From Felis catus (Eukaryota): DNA of 64,000 bases. Under the pieces are notes generated by a model. It did no database searches. It saw only the letters and a list, made by a program, of their open reading frames with translations, and was not told the DNA's origin. Shown here piece by piece: positions 36,801-50,970 of this stretch (its first letter is position 1; each line of letters begins with the position of its first letter). Location of the stretch: positions 21,454,001 to 21,518,000 of the forward strand of contig NC_058368.1 in NCBI RefSeq assembly GCF_018350175.1. The letters run 5' to 3'. Made by a program: the position numbers and the translations under genes.

Positions 36801-39064
36801 TAATTTTAGTGAAAATGACCTAAATCAAAGTATTTTAATATCTACTAGGGTTGATTTAAGTGCATACAGAAACCACTCAAGCTTTAGGTGCTGCTTTTAG
36901 TGATAGAAATAACTGCTAACACATTGTCTTTTGCTAGAAACTGACATGTAATAAACCATTTAAGTCTCCACCTCCTTGTGAGGGAAGCATATCATTATCC
37001 CTGTGATACAGGTAAAGAAATGGAGTTGAGGAAATAGTATGCCTAATGCCACATAACTAATAAGTTGGGGGGGGAGGGTGAAATCTATATACTGATACCT
37101 TAAAGATAGGTTTGTATGTGGAAGTATTCTATCAAACCAAATTAACTTCTCAAATATTCCACAATGGTACTATTGTCCTACCGCAAGGAGACCTGCTCTT
37201 AGAAGTGTGTTTTGATAACATTTGTCATGGGATGTGTTTATGTGTCCATGACCTTTGTATATTTATTTGCATGGTCCATGGATATATACATGCAGATATA
37301 TGAATTGAGTCATCTTCATTGTGATAGCAATGTGATAGAGGACATTGAGACAGCTGCACCTTCCCCCCCAACTGTCCAGAGTAAGTCTACACAATCAATA
37401 GGTCATACTTGGTTGTATTGTTTTTAAAGCATCAAACATCATTGTCCTCCCACTTAAGCATACTGTGTCTCTGAAAGCTCATCAAAATCCAAGAAAAATA
37501 GACCTTTTGTAACTGACTGCAGACAAACTATACAATACAAATTGTGACTTGTTTTGGATACTATCCCTAAGCTATCAGACATACCATTTTTCTTAGTAGT
37601 TCATATCAATTTAAGGAATTAAACTTCTGACAGGGCTTAATTAGTATTAAACATTCTGTCTCAACCAATTCCAGGCAGTGTAACAAATCCTCACTCAGCA
37701 CTTAGAAATGTTCTCAGGTATTAGCTCAGAAGAGCAACCTCCTCTCAGCCTGTCTACATACACAGAAGATCACTCCCTTTCTGTACTATCATCCTTACAA
37801 TAGTTTCATTATTGCTTATGTTACATCATACTGTGATGATTTTTTTTTCCTTCTTTTCTGTTGGCCTATAAACCCAGAGACTGTATCTTAACAGCTCATT
37901 TGTGACTAATGTAGTAAGTAGAGCTGATGACCCCACAGCACTAAGTAGTATGTTAGTTTTTTTCCTTATTACATGATATATTGATACCAATATTAATATG
38001 GTTGCCCAAGACAACTCACTAGTCATTTAGCCAGAAATTGTATCTTAACTTTACAGTGGAATTCTCCAGGCTCAGGTCAAATTTATTTATAGATCACCAG
38101 TATCACAATTTCACCAAAGGATCAGAAGGAAAGAGAAATTAGAAAAGTGAAGTAGTGTTTGCCAGTTAATACAGTTTTGTATGTGAAAGTCTTTGTAAGT
38201 GTTCATTTCTCATTGAGACGATGTACTAGTTAGGAATAAAGAATTTCACACAGCATATTTTATCCCCTAGGTAACAAAGACAAAAACTTTGACAATGTAT
38301 CTGATGTAAGTCTTAAGAAAAATTGTCTCTAGCAGGCTGAAATGCATTCCCAGATGTTCTCAAATTTTACAAGAAAGCACTATGGAGGTCAGGAATTTCA
38401 GTTAACTTCTACTATCTTAAGATTCAGAGTTTTAAAAGTATTAAGTACTTTAAAAGGTATTAAAATTATTTAACAGCTTTTTTTCCCCACTTTGTCAGTC
38501 GTGTGATTGACCCAATAGTTGATTGCTTAAGACAGCTTTAAAATCCAAGTCAATCTTGCTTAGGCCAATGAATCCATACAAGCTTGTAAGAATCCAACCA
38601 AAACAGTTCTTTGTAACTACTTTCTGTTTCTACCTCATCAAGAAATAGATGCTTTTTTCACTTGCATCTTTCCCTGATCTGGTTGTGACTCCTTTACCTA
38701 GCATTCCATTTGTGATCTTGCTGACCTCCCAAACCCTGCATGCCTAAATCTGCAGTATCCAGCCTCTGAATCCTGTCTGCCTAAGCCCAGGATATTCAGA
38801 TGCTTTGCTCTGCATTGGGAAATCTGGCTTCTGGGCTCTACTTTTGGAGGGGGACCTAAGTATATTCCCAAATTAACTGAAGCTCTTAATACCCTGCTTA
38901 CTGTATGTAGCCTCTTGGATAGATTTCACATGGTAGCCTCTGTTGCTCTTTATAATTAAGTCCTCCCAACTAGACATAACCCTACCTTGTCAAATATTTG
39001 GGTGTTTTATAGTTAACAAATGATAATTTACCTGACACATTTGCTACTCTAAAATTCATTTTAT

Positions 39065-39255
39065 TTCCTTTTAATTATTGATTTATTTTTTGAGAGAGAG
39101 CACAAGTTGGGTAGGGGCAGAGGGAGAGAGAATCCCAAGCAGGCTCCTCACTGTCAGTACAGAGCCCAATGCAAGGCTCAATCTCGTGAACCGTGAGATC
39201 CTGACCTGAGTCAAAATGAGTCAGTTACTTAACCAACTGAGCCACCCTGGCACCT
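39065..39255 (-). mobile_element. CanSINE
   Basis: aaccaactgagccaccctggcacc. Confidence 0.92.
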
Positions 39256-39488
39256 GAAAATTCCCTTTTATTTTTAATAACTTTTCTAAAATTAACTGCT
39301 CACTGCCATAGAATACTCCATATCCTCATTTTTAGACAAGAAAAAGCCTGAGATACCATTGCATTACAATAGGGTTCTGATATCAAGACATGACAGTGTT
39401 AACAGCTTGAGGTAGATAATTGCTCAATAGAATTACCAGAGACCTGTGAAAGGAAGCGTAAGAACCTCATCTTCAAAATGTATCCATA

Positions 39489-39942
39489 CAATAGTCCTCC
39501 CCCCCCCCTTATCTGTGAGGGACATGTTCCAAGATCCCCACTGGATGCCTGAAACTGCAGGTGGTACTGAACCCTGTATATACTGTGTTCTTTCTATACA
39601 TATATGCCCATGGTAAAGTTTAATTTGTAAATGAAGCACAGTAAGAGATTTACAATAGCTAATAATAAAATGGAACTATTACAACAATATACTATAATAA
39701 AAGTTATGTGAACGTGCTCTCTCAAAATACCTTGTACTCAACTTTCTTCTGATGGTATGAGATGATAAAGTTGCTGTGTCATGAGATTAAATGGAGTAAA
39801 TGACGTAGGCATTGTGACGTAGCAGTAGGCTACTGTGGACCTTCTGACTATTCATCAGAAGGGAGTCATCTGCTTCCAGACTGTGGTTGACAGCAGTAAC
39901 TGAAACCATGGGAAGTGAAACCAATGATAAGGGGGACTACTG
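39489..39942. mobile_element. Tc1/mariner Tigger-family non-autonomous element (MER44-like)
   Basis: TIRs caatagtcc...cccttatc and gataagggggactactg, each flanked by TA. Confidence 0.88.
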
Positions 39943-40524
39943 TAATTATTAGCCATGGAGAAGTCTAAAGTGGTTGGAAATTACTTTTTCTGTCTAAGTT
40001 TACTTTTTATTCTGTTTCCTGTCAATATAATCTTTTTATGTGAAATTGTGCTGTTTACATTTTCATAGTTTTAATTTATTAATGTGTGGAATGTATAGTT
40101 CTACAATTTATGATATCTGATGTTATTTCAAGTAATACAGTTTCCTTACACATGTAAGGACATTAAAATTAAAACGTATTTCACATGGTAGATAGTAAGC
40201 ATTTAAATTAAAGTTGAATGAATAAATCTGATTTATTTAACATGGGGGTTTTAAAAGGTAAGTCAGATTTTTAGAATTCTGTTATCAGCAAATAACCTTA
40301 TAAATTTAGAACTTTCTCTGTGTTTCCAACATGTTTACTTTTAGTAGTCAGTATTTTTGTGTGTAATTTCTCATAATTGAAAAGATGAAGTTTCTCATAG
40401 AAATAGTAAAATTAATATTTTAGATTAATTTTTTTAGACTATGCTTTTGGTTCTGTTACTTGCTTCTATGGAAAATAATATAAGCATCCCTAAATAAATA
40501 ACTTAGTATTCACTCAGGAATTCA

Positions 40525-40745
40525 GGGGTGTCTGGGTGACTCGATTGAGCATCTGACTCTTGATTTCGGCTTGGGTCTTACTCTCACAGTTCATGGGATT
40601 GAGCCCTATGTTGGTCCAGGGCTGGCAGCAAGGAGCCTGCTTGGGATTCTCTCTCTCCCTCTCTTTCTGTCCCTCCCCTGCTTTGCATGCTTGAACACAT
40701 GCTTGCTCACTCACTTGCTGTCTCTCAAAATAAACTTTTAAAAAA
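40525..40745 (+). mobile_element. CanSINE
   Basis: TSD gaattca. Confidence 0.92.
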
Positions 40746-41466
40746 GAATTCATACAGAATTAGGAATAATGCAGAAAATCAGGTAATACAAATTAGAAGT
40801 AAAAATGTTCATTAGATTAATTTGATGATTCTAGACGCACAAATCTGTAAATTATTTTCTGTGGTTTTGTCCTTTTAAGGTCTCAGACAATGAAACTTCC
40901 ATCACTTCATTCTCATTCAGTAATGTGTGTACAGCTATTCATTCATCCAACAAGTCACTTTGTTCAAGGCACTTGCCTCTGATACCATTCTCTTCACTGT
41001 CCTCAAGATGCCTCCTTTTTTTTTTTTTTAAGATAGAGAAACAGAGTGTGAGCAGGCGCCCCAAGATGCCATTTTATTAAGATACCAGTTGAGCATGTAA
41101 AAGAAGCTAACGGTTTCTCACTGGTTTAGATGACCATGAAATGAAGGAGAACAAAAGGTTATAATGCAGTATAATAAATTCATATTTGTGAACATTAGGC
41201 TAAAGAAGTGTTTAGGTAGGTTGTTACTTTGCCAGAGGAATGACAATGTAAACAGAAGCTTAAACTGTACTTAGAGAAGTTAAGTGTGATGATACTCAAA
41301 TACTTAAAATTGGCTCTGCGATTAGTTGTGTGACCTTAAGCAAGTTGCTATCTCTCTCCAAACTTCAGTTTAAAATTTAAAAGATTGAATTTGTCTCTGT
41401 CTTGTCCCAAATTTTTAAAACCCTAAACAAAGTCAGCCTCCAATATATCCATTTTGCAAATACTTC

Positions 41467-41664
41467 TTTTTTTAAAATGCTTATTTATTTATTTTTGAGA
41501 GAGAGAGTACATGTGAGCGGAGGAGGGGCAGAGAGAGAAAGAGGGTCTGAAGCTGGCTCTGCACTGACAGCAGAGAGCCCAATGGGGCACTTGAACTCAC
41601 GAACCACAAGATCGTGACCTGAGCCAAAGTCAGAGGCTTACCTGACTGAGCCACCCAGGCACCC
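41467..41664 (-). mobile_element. CanSINE
   Basis: TSD tgcaaata. Confidence 0.93.
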
Positions 41665-41950
41665 TGCAAATAATTCTTTATACTGACATATTACAAAAGC
41701 AAAGGAAAAAGTTGAATAATCTTGTAGATTTATGGGAAACTTTAATATCACCTTAGAATTTTGGAAATTACATGTTTAACTTTGTCATTATAGAAAAAAA
41801 GATTTATTTTTCCTACCCTTTGTCAGACCAACACCTTGTCTGTAAGAGACACAGTCAAAAAAAGAGAGAGAAAAAAAAAAAACTGGAACCTAGAGAAGGA
41901 GAAACACTTGTAAATTTAAAATAATAAAATTTCAGAAAAAAATCATATTT

Positions 41951-42125
41951 GGGGGATCCCTAGGCAGCTCAGTCGGTTAAGCATCCAGCTTGACTTCAGC
42001 TCAAGTCCTGATCTCACAGTCATGAGGTAGAGCCCCATGTTAGGCTCTGCACTGACAGCACAGAGCTTTCTTGGAATTGTCGCTCTCTGCCCCTATCTGC
42101 CCCCCCCCCACATAAAAAAAATAAT
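41951..42125 (+). mobile_element. CanSINE
   Basis: gctcagtcggttaagcatcc... Confidence 0.9.
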
Positions 42126-42867
42126 TTTTTTAAGTTTATCACATAAAGCATTTAATTGAATTAATGGAACAGTATGGAGTACTAGATGATTTAGTTAAGT
42201 TTATAGTAATCCTAAACTTTTGAGTATTTCCTAAAACCTAAAAATTACAGTATGTCAGTATATTGTCTTGTCTCAAAGCATGCTGAAAATCACCAAACTG
42301 TATGAGTAAGGAATCTTACTATCAAGTAGTATAAAGTAATATGTAATTATAGGTATAGAAATTTTAAGAATTGTGTTCAATGTGTTTCATATAACCCAAA
42401 GAGTATTTGATTATAATTTTTTTCTTGAGGTAGAGCACAAGAGACTCATTCAGATTAAGGATTTAATTTGAAGAATTCCAATTTCCTTTAAGCAAAGTTT
42501 CACTTTATTTCAAGCTGAACATTAGTGTATTCATGATTTGATAATACACTTAAAGATGTACACTCTAAAGAATTTGAGTTACAAAACGCTCAGTTATAAT
42601 CTGTTGGTTGTAAACAAGGCCAGTTACTTGTAGAAACTGGATCAGAAGGAATTGGATTATCACAAATGGCCACTGGTTTTCATCATGGTTATGTTATGTA
42701 CATGTGATAGAGTAGGACAGTTTATTCATAATGCAAATTTATTTTGAACGGTGTGAAAATCTGAGTTGGTTGTAATTTGAGGCCTCAAATTCTATAACAA
42801 GAGTGAATATCATTTTATGTCATCAAAGATGGTTATTAAAAAACTACTTTAAAATTCTTTCACAATT

Positions 42868-42965
42868 TGGGATGCCTGGCTGGCTCAGTCAATACAGCAT
42901 GCAAATGTTGGTCTCAGAGTCATGAGTTCAAACCCCATGTGTGGCATACAGTTTACTTAAAAAAT
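42868..42965 (+). mobile_element. Short old CanSINE
   Basis: gggatgcctggctggctcagtc... Confidence 0.85.
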
Positions 42966-43717
42966 TTTTTTTTAAGTTTTCTTTGCATTTTTCAAGTGAG
43001 CTTTAAGGGCCTATTCTATGTCTAGTACTTACTATAGTCCAAAAAGATGGTCACTGTCAGCAAAGAACTTTTAGCCATAATAGAAATATACTAACATACA
43101 AGAAACAACTAGAAAATAGTGGAGAGTAAATTTTGCCTTGTGGACTTGAAGTTTAGTAGAAGATCAAAGAAAATGTAGACTTAGACTCACCAAAAAAGAC
43201 TTCTTAGGGGAGGTGGAAGGTGAGCTGGGCTTAAAGAATAGGTAGAATTAATTCTTGGAAATGAAGATATTGGAGACTTTCAAGTACAGGAAACATGAAT
43301 CAAAGTATCAAGTTGGAAGGAGTAAAACAGATACACTAGATTGAAAATAGAGGAATAGGGAAATGAATGTAACCATATTTGAGATTGCTTTGCTTTGCTT
43401 AAGGGGCCCTAATTTCTAATAGAAGAAAACGAGGATTTGGATTGCCTGCAACCCTTTTGAGAGCCAAAAAACAGTTGAAGAAAAAAAAAAAAAAAAAGGA
43501 AGGAACTCTAGGATTATATCAGACAAGTTTATTACCCTAAATATTAGGGAATCTATGGATTTTAGCTCAGCAAATCAAGCGAGAAATCTTTTTTTTAATA
43601 ATTTGTGTTTTTATGTTTTTATCGGAATTGAATTTTGTATATGAAGTTTTCAACACTGAACCTAACATTGTTTACTTAATAGCATATAACAGTTGCTGTA
43701 CTTGCTCGGACTTGACA

Positions 43718-43912
43718 CTTTTTAAAAAAATGTATTTTGAGAGAGAGTGTGAGCAGGGGAGAGGCAGAGAGAGGGAGACAGAAAATCCCAAGCAGGCTCC
43801 ACACTGTCAGTGCCAAGCCCAACCAGGCACTCATACTCACAAACTGTGAGATCATGACCTGAGCTGAAACCAAGAGTTGGATGCTTAATTGATTGAGCCA
43901 CACAGGCACCCC
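43718..43912 (-). mobile_element. CanSINE
   Basis: tgagccacacaggcacccc. Confidence 0.92.
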
Positions 43913-44565
43913 TCAAGTGAGAGATCTTGAGAGGAAAGGGTTGCATAGCCAAAATTCTATCAGGCATATTTTTTGTTCTCCATAACATTGATCTTAACAC
44001 TATGGGAATGATGGTGAATTAATACCAAAGTAATGTTGTTATGCCAAATAGAAATACTCCTTTTCCAAACCCCTCTCTAATTTGCATCTAAGTCTTAGCT
44101 CAAGTTATTTACTCTTAGAATGTCCTTTCCCTCATCTTCACCTGTCTAAATCCTCCTAGGCTATCTACCTCTTGCATTAAATTTTCCCAGTTCATTTTTC
44201 CTTCTCACCCAGAAATTCTCTCTTTTGAGCTCATATACATGGCTTAGAACAATTAATATACCCTGCCTTATGGACAGGGATTATCTTACTCTTTATTATA
44301 TACTCTGCAAGCTTAACAGAGTGGGTGCTTAGCAATTAAATGGCAATTAATTGCTGAAAATCAATAAAACCTTTATGATAAATGTTTTCTGTAAAGGCTG
44401 AATACCAGCTAGATAAATACAGAAATGCCCGGGCTCTTTTCTGGTAATTTAAGAATTTTTCCACCTTTTACTACTTTTATAGGGCTTCTTTGATTCTCTA
44501 CTACCTATTAACATTCATGTCTCAAGTCTTATTCATCTTAAAATGTCCTTTAAAGAAAAATTTCA

Positions 44566-45025
44566 GGGGTGCCTGGGTGGCTCAGTTGGTTGGGCGTCCG
44601 ACTTCAGCCTAGGTCGTGATCTCACGGTTCTTGAATTCGAGCCCCGCGTCTGGCTCTTTGCTGATGGCTTGGAACCTGGAACCTGCTTCGGATTCTGTGT
44701 CTCCATCTCTCTCTCTGCCTCTCCCCTACTCATGCTCAGTCTCTCTCTCACTCTCAAAAATAAAATAAGCATTGGGGCGCCTGGGTGGCGCAGTCGGTTA
44801 AGCGTCCGACTTCAGCCAGGTCACGATCTCGCGGTCTGTGAGTTCGAGCCCCGTGTCAGGCTCTGGGCTGATGGCTCAGAGCCTGGAGCCTGCTTCTGAT
44901 TCTGTGTCTCCCTCTCTCTCTGCCCCTCCCCCGTTCATGCTCTGTCTCTCTCTGTCCCAAAAATAAATAAAAGTTGAAAAAAAATTAAAAAAATAAAATA
45001 AAATAAAATAAGCATTAAAAAAAAT
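44566..45025 (+). mobile_element. CanSINE with a young SINEC_Fc (44774-~44995) inserted in its tail
   Basis: TSD aaaataaaataagcatt on both sides of the inner element. Confidence 0.95.
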
Positions 45026-45321
45026 TTTTTTAAGTCAAAACCTGTGGGTAGGTTTGTGAACAGTTAGAAGGCCTGTGAAATTTCAATATCCCTTTGGGAG
45101 GGCCATGAGTAATCCAACTGATAATCCTAAGCTTTTCAATGAAGTATAATTTAACTATTTTTTGTCAGCCTTCCATCTGAGGAGATGGAAGATGATAGAA
45201 TGAAAAGTACTTACGTTAAAAAATACTTTTTAAGAAACACCATTACCGTAATCATAAAAAACAAATGTACTGAGCATTGTTGAAGTTCTTTATACATCTC
45301 TAAAGTTAATGGTATGCTACT

Positions 45322-45517
45322 GGGGCACCTGGGTGGCTCAGTCGGTTAAGTATCTGACTCTTCGTTTCTGCTCAGGTCATAATCTCGCATTTCGTAGGTT
45401 TGAGACCCACATCAGGCTCCACGCTGACACTTCGGAGCCTACTTGGGATTCTCTCTCTCTCTCTCTCTCTCTGCCCCTTCCCTGCTCCGTCTCAAAATGA
45501 ATAAATAAGATTTTTAA
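45322..45517 (+). mobile_element. CanSINE
   Basis: TSD taaagttaatggtatgct. Confidence 0.94.
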
Positions 45518-45642
45518 TAAAGTTAATGGTATGCTTCTGAATCCCTCTGCTTACTGGAGCTACCTTGTTGAATGAAATTGGTTTTCTAACAAATTTTCTT
45601 GGACTATTGTATAATAGACTATGCAAGTCACACCAAAGAAAG

Positions 45643-45740
45643 TTTTTTTTAAAGTAAGCTCTACACCCATTGTGCAGCTTGAACTGAGACCCCAAGATCA
45701 AGAGTCACATGCTCTACCGACTGAGCCAGCCAGGCACCCC
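45643..45740 (-). mobile_element. Short old CanSINE
   Basis: ctctaccgactgagccagccaggcacccc. Confidence 0.9.
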
Positions 45741-46583
45741 AGAGAAAGCTTTTAGAAATCTAAAAAGACAAAATTGTGACACAAATATGTAGCATTTGTT
45801 TTCTGCTAGGACATTTAAGTCCTAAGGATTTATTTTATGTACCCTTAGAGCTTTTATATAAAATCTATATGACATTTATGTTTGTTTTTCAGAACCTGTA
45901 TATAAATTACATTTTTTAAAACATCTGTTGTTACTATTGGGTTTGGTTGGCTTTGAGGGTGGTTGACTTGTTATATTTTACATTTAACCAAAAGTCAGGA
46001 TTTCAACCAGCAATTAAATAATGGTTTATATGGCAAAGCAGTTTCCCCTTTGTAATGATTTTCTTTATGACCTGTTTTCTAGGCATGTATTTTGATAGCA
46101 CTACTACGTCCCCTCCAAAAGGTGAGAACTGACTCTTCCATCTGTACCTGGATCATGTGGAGAAAGGACTGAGAATGGAAGCAGAAAACAGACATTGTCC
46201 ATGTAGAGCAGACTGCCTGACAACAGCTCACTCTAATAAAGGGCAATAAATGCCACACGGGATGATCCTCTCATCACAAAACTGTAAGTAATTTGGGGGA
46301 ATTACAGGGGAATTGGTTGTCTCTGCTGACTCAATAAAAAAAGGTCTTCATTTTGTAATTTGTGGCCTGTATGCTGTAAATTAAGATGCACTGAACTGTT
46401 AAACAGTGGACTTTCCTGGCTTGTGGATGAGAATTTAAGGCAAAATAAAATACAGTATTCCCCACAAAGTAAACTTGGGACCTTTGCTCTAAGACCTGAG
46501 GCAAAGGTTACATGAATTTGGATAACTGGGTTAAAACTAAGTAATTGGGGCTTGCCTGGAAAACAAGCTTAAGAACTTCAGTC

Positions 46584-46806
46584 TTTTTTTTTTTTTTTCA
46601 ACGTTTATCTTTTGAGAGAGAGAGAGAGAGATGACAGAGCACAAGCTGGGGAGAGGCACAGAGAGAGGGAGACACAGAATCCGCAGCAGGCTCCAGGCTC
46701 TGAGCTGTCAGCACAGAGCCCGGCACGGGGCTCAAACTCACCAACCGTGATATCATGACCTGAACTGAAGTCTGATGTTTAACTGACTGAGCCACCCAGG
46801 TGCCCT
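46584..46806 (-). mobile_element. CanSINE
   Basis: TSD agaacttyagtctt. Confidence 0.95.
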
Positions 46807-46920
46807 GGAGAACTTTAGTCTTGATATAGCATGGAATAGGGAGGCCATATGGCCTCTTGAAACAAAATAACGGAAGTTGACAAAGTAATAGAATTTTTGG
46901 AAATTAAATCTAGCAATACC

Positions 46921-46986
<66 letters not shown>
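46921..46986. repeat. (GATA)n(GACA)n tetranucleotide STR
   Basis: Seen directly. Confidence 0.97.
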
Positions 46987-49723
46987 TGGGGAGGGGGGAG
47001 CGGCGCAGCAGGCTGTATAGAGAAGGATTCTAAGATACAAAGTATGGTGAAAAAGAAACTGGGCATGTGACCATTGTAGTAATCAAGGAGTAAAGAAAAC
47101 CTGAACAAAATAATGGCATTGAGAATGGAGATGAAATAATAAATTGAAGATATTTTTTTAAAAAAATCGTAGAACACCATGATGAGTTGGATAAAAAGGG
47201 AGTTGTCAAAATTATATATTTTCTGTACTGGAAGGAAACAGTGATATCACTGCAAGAGGATGGTTAAGAGAAGCTAGTGTGAGAAAGATGTTGTATCCTA
47301 TTTTTGTAATATTGCATTTAAGAAATCTAGGCATTCCATTTGAAATCCTTTCAAGATCACTGAATATACAGAAGGAGAATTCTATGTAAAAGGCTAGAGA
47401 GGTAAAAATGTCAGTTATCCTCATAAAGCTGATAAGAATAGACAAGCTAACAAAAACTATTAAGGACAATAGACTTTCTTTTAAAAGCAAATATGTAACA
47501 TAAATTTATATAAATTAATTAGGTATATAATCTTAAATATACATTTCCAAATAAAAAACTATTTTCCTCAGAATGTCATGTCTCAAGCTTACACCTGTAA
47601 GAAAATCCCTATACTTATGTTAGTTGTGAGAGTCAATGACTAATATGTGTTAATATTCTTGAACTTATCTTTGTGTCTATTAATAAAACAAAGACCTTTC
47701 CCCATATTAGATTGAGGGAATGAAATTGAGAACTTAAAGTTCACATGATTCAACCAGTTAAAACTTTATAAAATTGACATGGCTTTAATTTCTCAAATGG
47801 AAAGGTAGGTAATTGAATTGTGGGAAATGTGCTGGTCTCCAGTTTCAAGAAACAGTACAGCACAAAGACCTCGAATTCTGGCTGAAGAGCTGTAATAATA
47901 AACAAAAAATTGAAAACCAGGAAGCCAAATCTTCCAAATGTACGACTGTGGCATTTCAAAGGAGATGTAACAAGAGATTCCAGAAGATGGTAAAAAATAG
48001 GTTTAGATAATTGAGATTCCTTATATGAATACTTGTGTTTGATGGAGAAACACTGTTAAGCAGAAATGAAGGTTCTAAGAAGCTGTGACTTTCTCCTTCT
48101 CACCCTAAATTAGGCTTGCTTCTGAAAAAAAAAAGTGTTAGTCCAAAAAATTCAAACGGGGATTCAATAAATTTTAGCCAGGAATTTAAAAAGTGACCAA
48201 AGGGGCAGGGCCAGAATTTCATTGAAAGAAATATTTTGGTTTTCTAGGAGCTAAACCTTGTTTTGTAGGATTCCTATTTAGAATGTCAAAGTATCTGGCT
48301 CTATTTACCTAGTCACTACTTGCTGTGGAAAACTGCCACCTTCATCAGACAGAAATCCCACATCATTCTACACCTTGAATTGATATTTTAATATACTATT
48401 CCGTTTTAATGATATGTAAGGAAACCTAAAATGTCAATCTGTGCTTCCAAAATAGCATTTAAAACACTCACTAATATGTCTTCTGGATATACCACATCTT
48501 TTGGACCATACTCAATCCTTAAACTGTTTGATTAAGCCAAGTTCAGTGAACCTATGACTTCAAATCAGGTTATCCAGAACTGCTAACATTTTTTTCTGTA
48601 TTTCTGTCCTAGTTACATCTGACTTATATGCCTGGTCTGATAACTTCTATCTTTTTATGACTCCTAAATTGTGGAGGTAAGTCAAGATTTAATATCAGTT
48701 ATAGTCATGTAAAGTTCATTCTGAATTTGTATTCCCTTAACATTTATTTAATTACTAAGCATTCTTGTAGCATTGCATTTTTATTAGCAAATTATATACT
48801 ATATTCCAACTTTGGCTGGGCTATTTTACTCTGATTAAATGTGTAATTTTCTGTAACTTTCAACTAGTTAGTATTCCTATAGACATCTAATATTTTCGTC
48901 ACACTTGGTATGTGATTACCCAAGTAAACTTCTAATGGAAAAATACCATGGGATTTTTTTTTCTGTAGTCTTTAGCTTAAATCACTTCTTTCAGACTCTG
49001 TACATAAAGTATCATCCATCTTTGATCTACTATAATTCTTGTTTTTCCAAGTGCCTATTCACCGAGACTGTAGTGTTCTAAATTTTTCAGTTCAGTTCAG
49101 TTGAGACCATTAGACATCCAGTACTGTGGGGGAATATAAAGATCAGTATTAAACACAATCCCATTCCTCATCTTAAAAGATTTCATGGAAGCTCAGACAT
49201 TGCAGCCTGACTTTCTTGGGGTCTCTTATTACAAGGAGACCAAGACAAATCTCTCCTATTTGGCTTCCAAGTTGGGAACCCAAAGAAATTCAGATGCTTA
49301 CCAGAGTGAGAAATAATGGAGAGTAACATGAAATAGAAACACTTGGTTAGGATATGTTCTACTCCACTGATAAGAGTAAAAAGCCACTTTAAAACAATGA
49401 TTCTGGATTTGAGGTGTTGGTGTGAAATTTGAAGGTGCAGAATGCTGCCTACCTAGAAGTTTGTATAATTAGACATGTCTTAAGCACATTTTAGTTTGGG
49501 AAGCAGAGTCCTACTTATTTTGCTGAATGTTTGTTGCTCTTTTATTCTGTGTGTAAGGTGTTAACTTTTTATCCTTTAAAAGATTTTTGTAGTTGGATCT
49601 CATAGTTTAGATAAATATTAAGGCATTTTATTTTCTAAGCTTAATAATTATGATATAATGAATTTTTTGTGAAATTTTTACATAAATTTTCATCTCTAAT
49701 AGGTCTGATAGGCCTTATAATTC

Positions 49724-49931
49724 TTTTTTTTTTTTTTAAGTTTATTTATTTATTTTGAGACAGAGAGAGAGAGCACAAGCATGAGCCTGGGAGGGGCAGA
49801 GAGAAAGGGAGAGAGAGAATCCCAAGCAGTCTCTGGGCTGATATGGGGCTCAAACTCAACAAACCGTGAGATCATGACCTGGGCCGAAATCAAGAATTGG
49901 ACGCTTAAACCAACTGAGCCACCCAGGCGCC
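49724..49931 (-). mobile_element. CanSINE
   Basis: TSD aggcctwataattctt. Confidence 0.94.
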
Positions 49932-50793
49932 TGGAAGGCCTAATAATTCTTGAAGTGCAGTTCTGTGGCAAAGCTGGTAAGTAATGATGACTTTTACTAG
50001 GTCATTGGTATTCCAGAAATCTAAGTATTTTAGTATTATGTTTTCACATTAACTCTTTATTTCTTGAACTTTGTTTGAAATACTAAGTTTGATGTCACAT
50101 TGTTCTCTTCCATGAGTTCTTTGGCTCTCTCAAAGTAACAAAATGTCCTAAATTTATTTTTAAAAATTTCCTCATAGTGGCTCGTCTGCATTGCTAAACT
50201 TACTGTTAACAGAGTCAACTTCCCCTGCACAGAGGAAAAATAACAGTAGAATATGGGAGATTTGGAGTGCTCTAATAAATATTTTGTCATCCCAGCAAGG
50301 TTTCCGGTGATGTGACTATTTCTATTATTTGTGATAGAGAACCAGTACAAAAACTTATAAAGCAAAACTGAAGTTTGTCAGATGTATACAATATATAAGA
50401 CAAATTAGGAATAGCTTATGATTCCCTAAACCATATATTATTTCTCTAGCTCCTTTCCCATGACCATTTTATGTTATTTGGGGCTCCTGATTTCAGATAT
50501 ATTTTCAAAGCAGCCCAAATTAATTCCAATTTTATCATACCTAAGAACTCTTTATAGTTATGACTTGTATATTAAATTCAAGAGTAAAATTCAACATTTT
50601 ACTCTTCAGAAAATTTTTTTAGGGACAACTTCCAATCACTTATAAGGCAAATTACTGAGTTTCAAGAATAAGCTCTTTAGTGCCTTGTCAGAAATGAAAC
50701 TGTGGGTGGAAAGATAAAACACACATAACAGAATCGGGAGAACAGGGAAGGCCCAACTACTGATGGTACTGGTCATTAAGAATGACAGACCTT

Positions 50794-50970
50794 GGGGCAC
50801 CTGGATGGCTCAGTTGATTAAGCATTCAACTTCAGCTCAAGTCACGATCTCCCCGTTTGTGAGTTCAAGCCCTGCGTTCGAGCCCCCAGAGCCTATTCGA
50901 TTTCTGTATGTCCCTCTCTCTCTGCCCCTCCCCACCTTCTCAAAACTAAAAAATAAACATTAAAAAAAAA
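50794..50970 (+). mobile_element. CanSINE
   Basis: TSD aagaatgacagacctt. Confidence 0.94.

Noticed and set aside
46753..47180. ORFs containing SIYL repeats
   Set aside because: Translation of the GATA/GACA STR.
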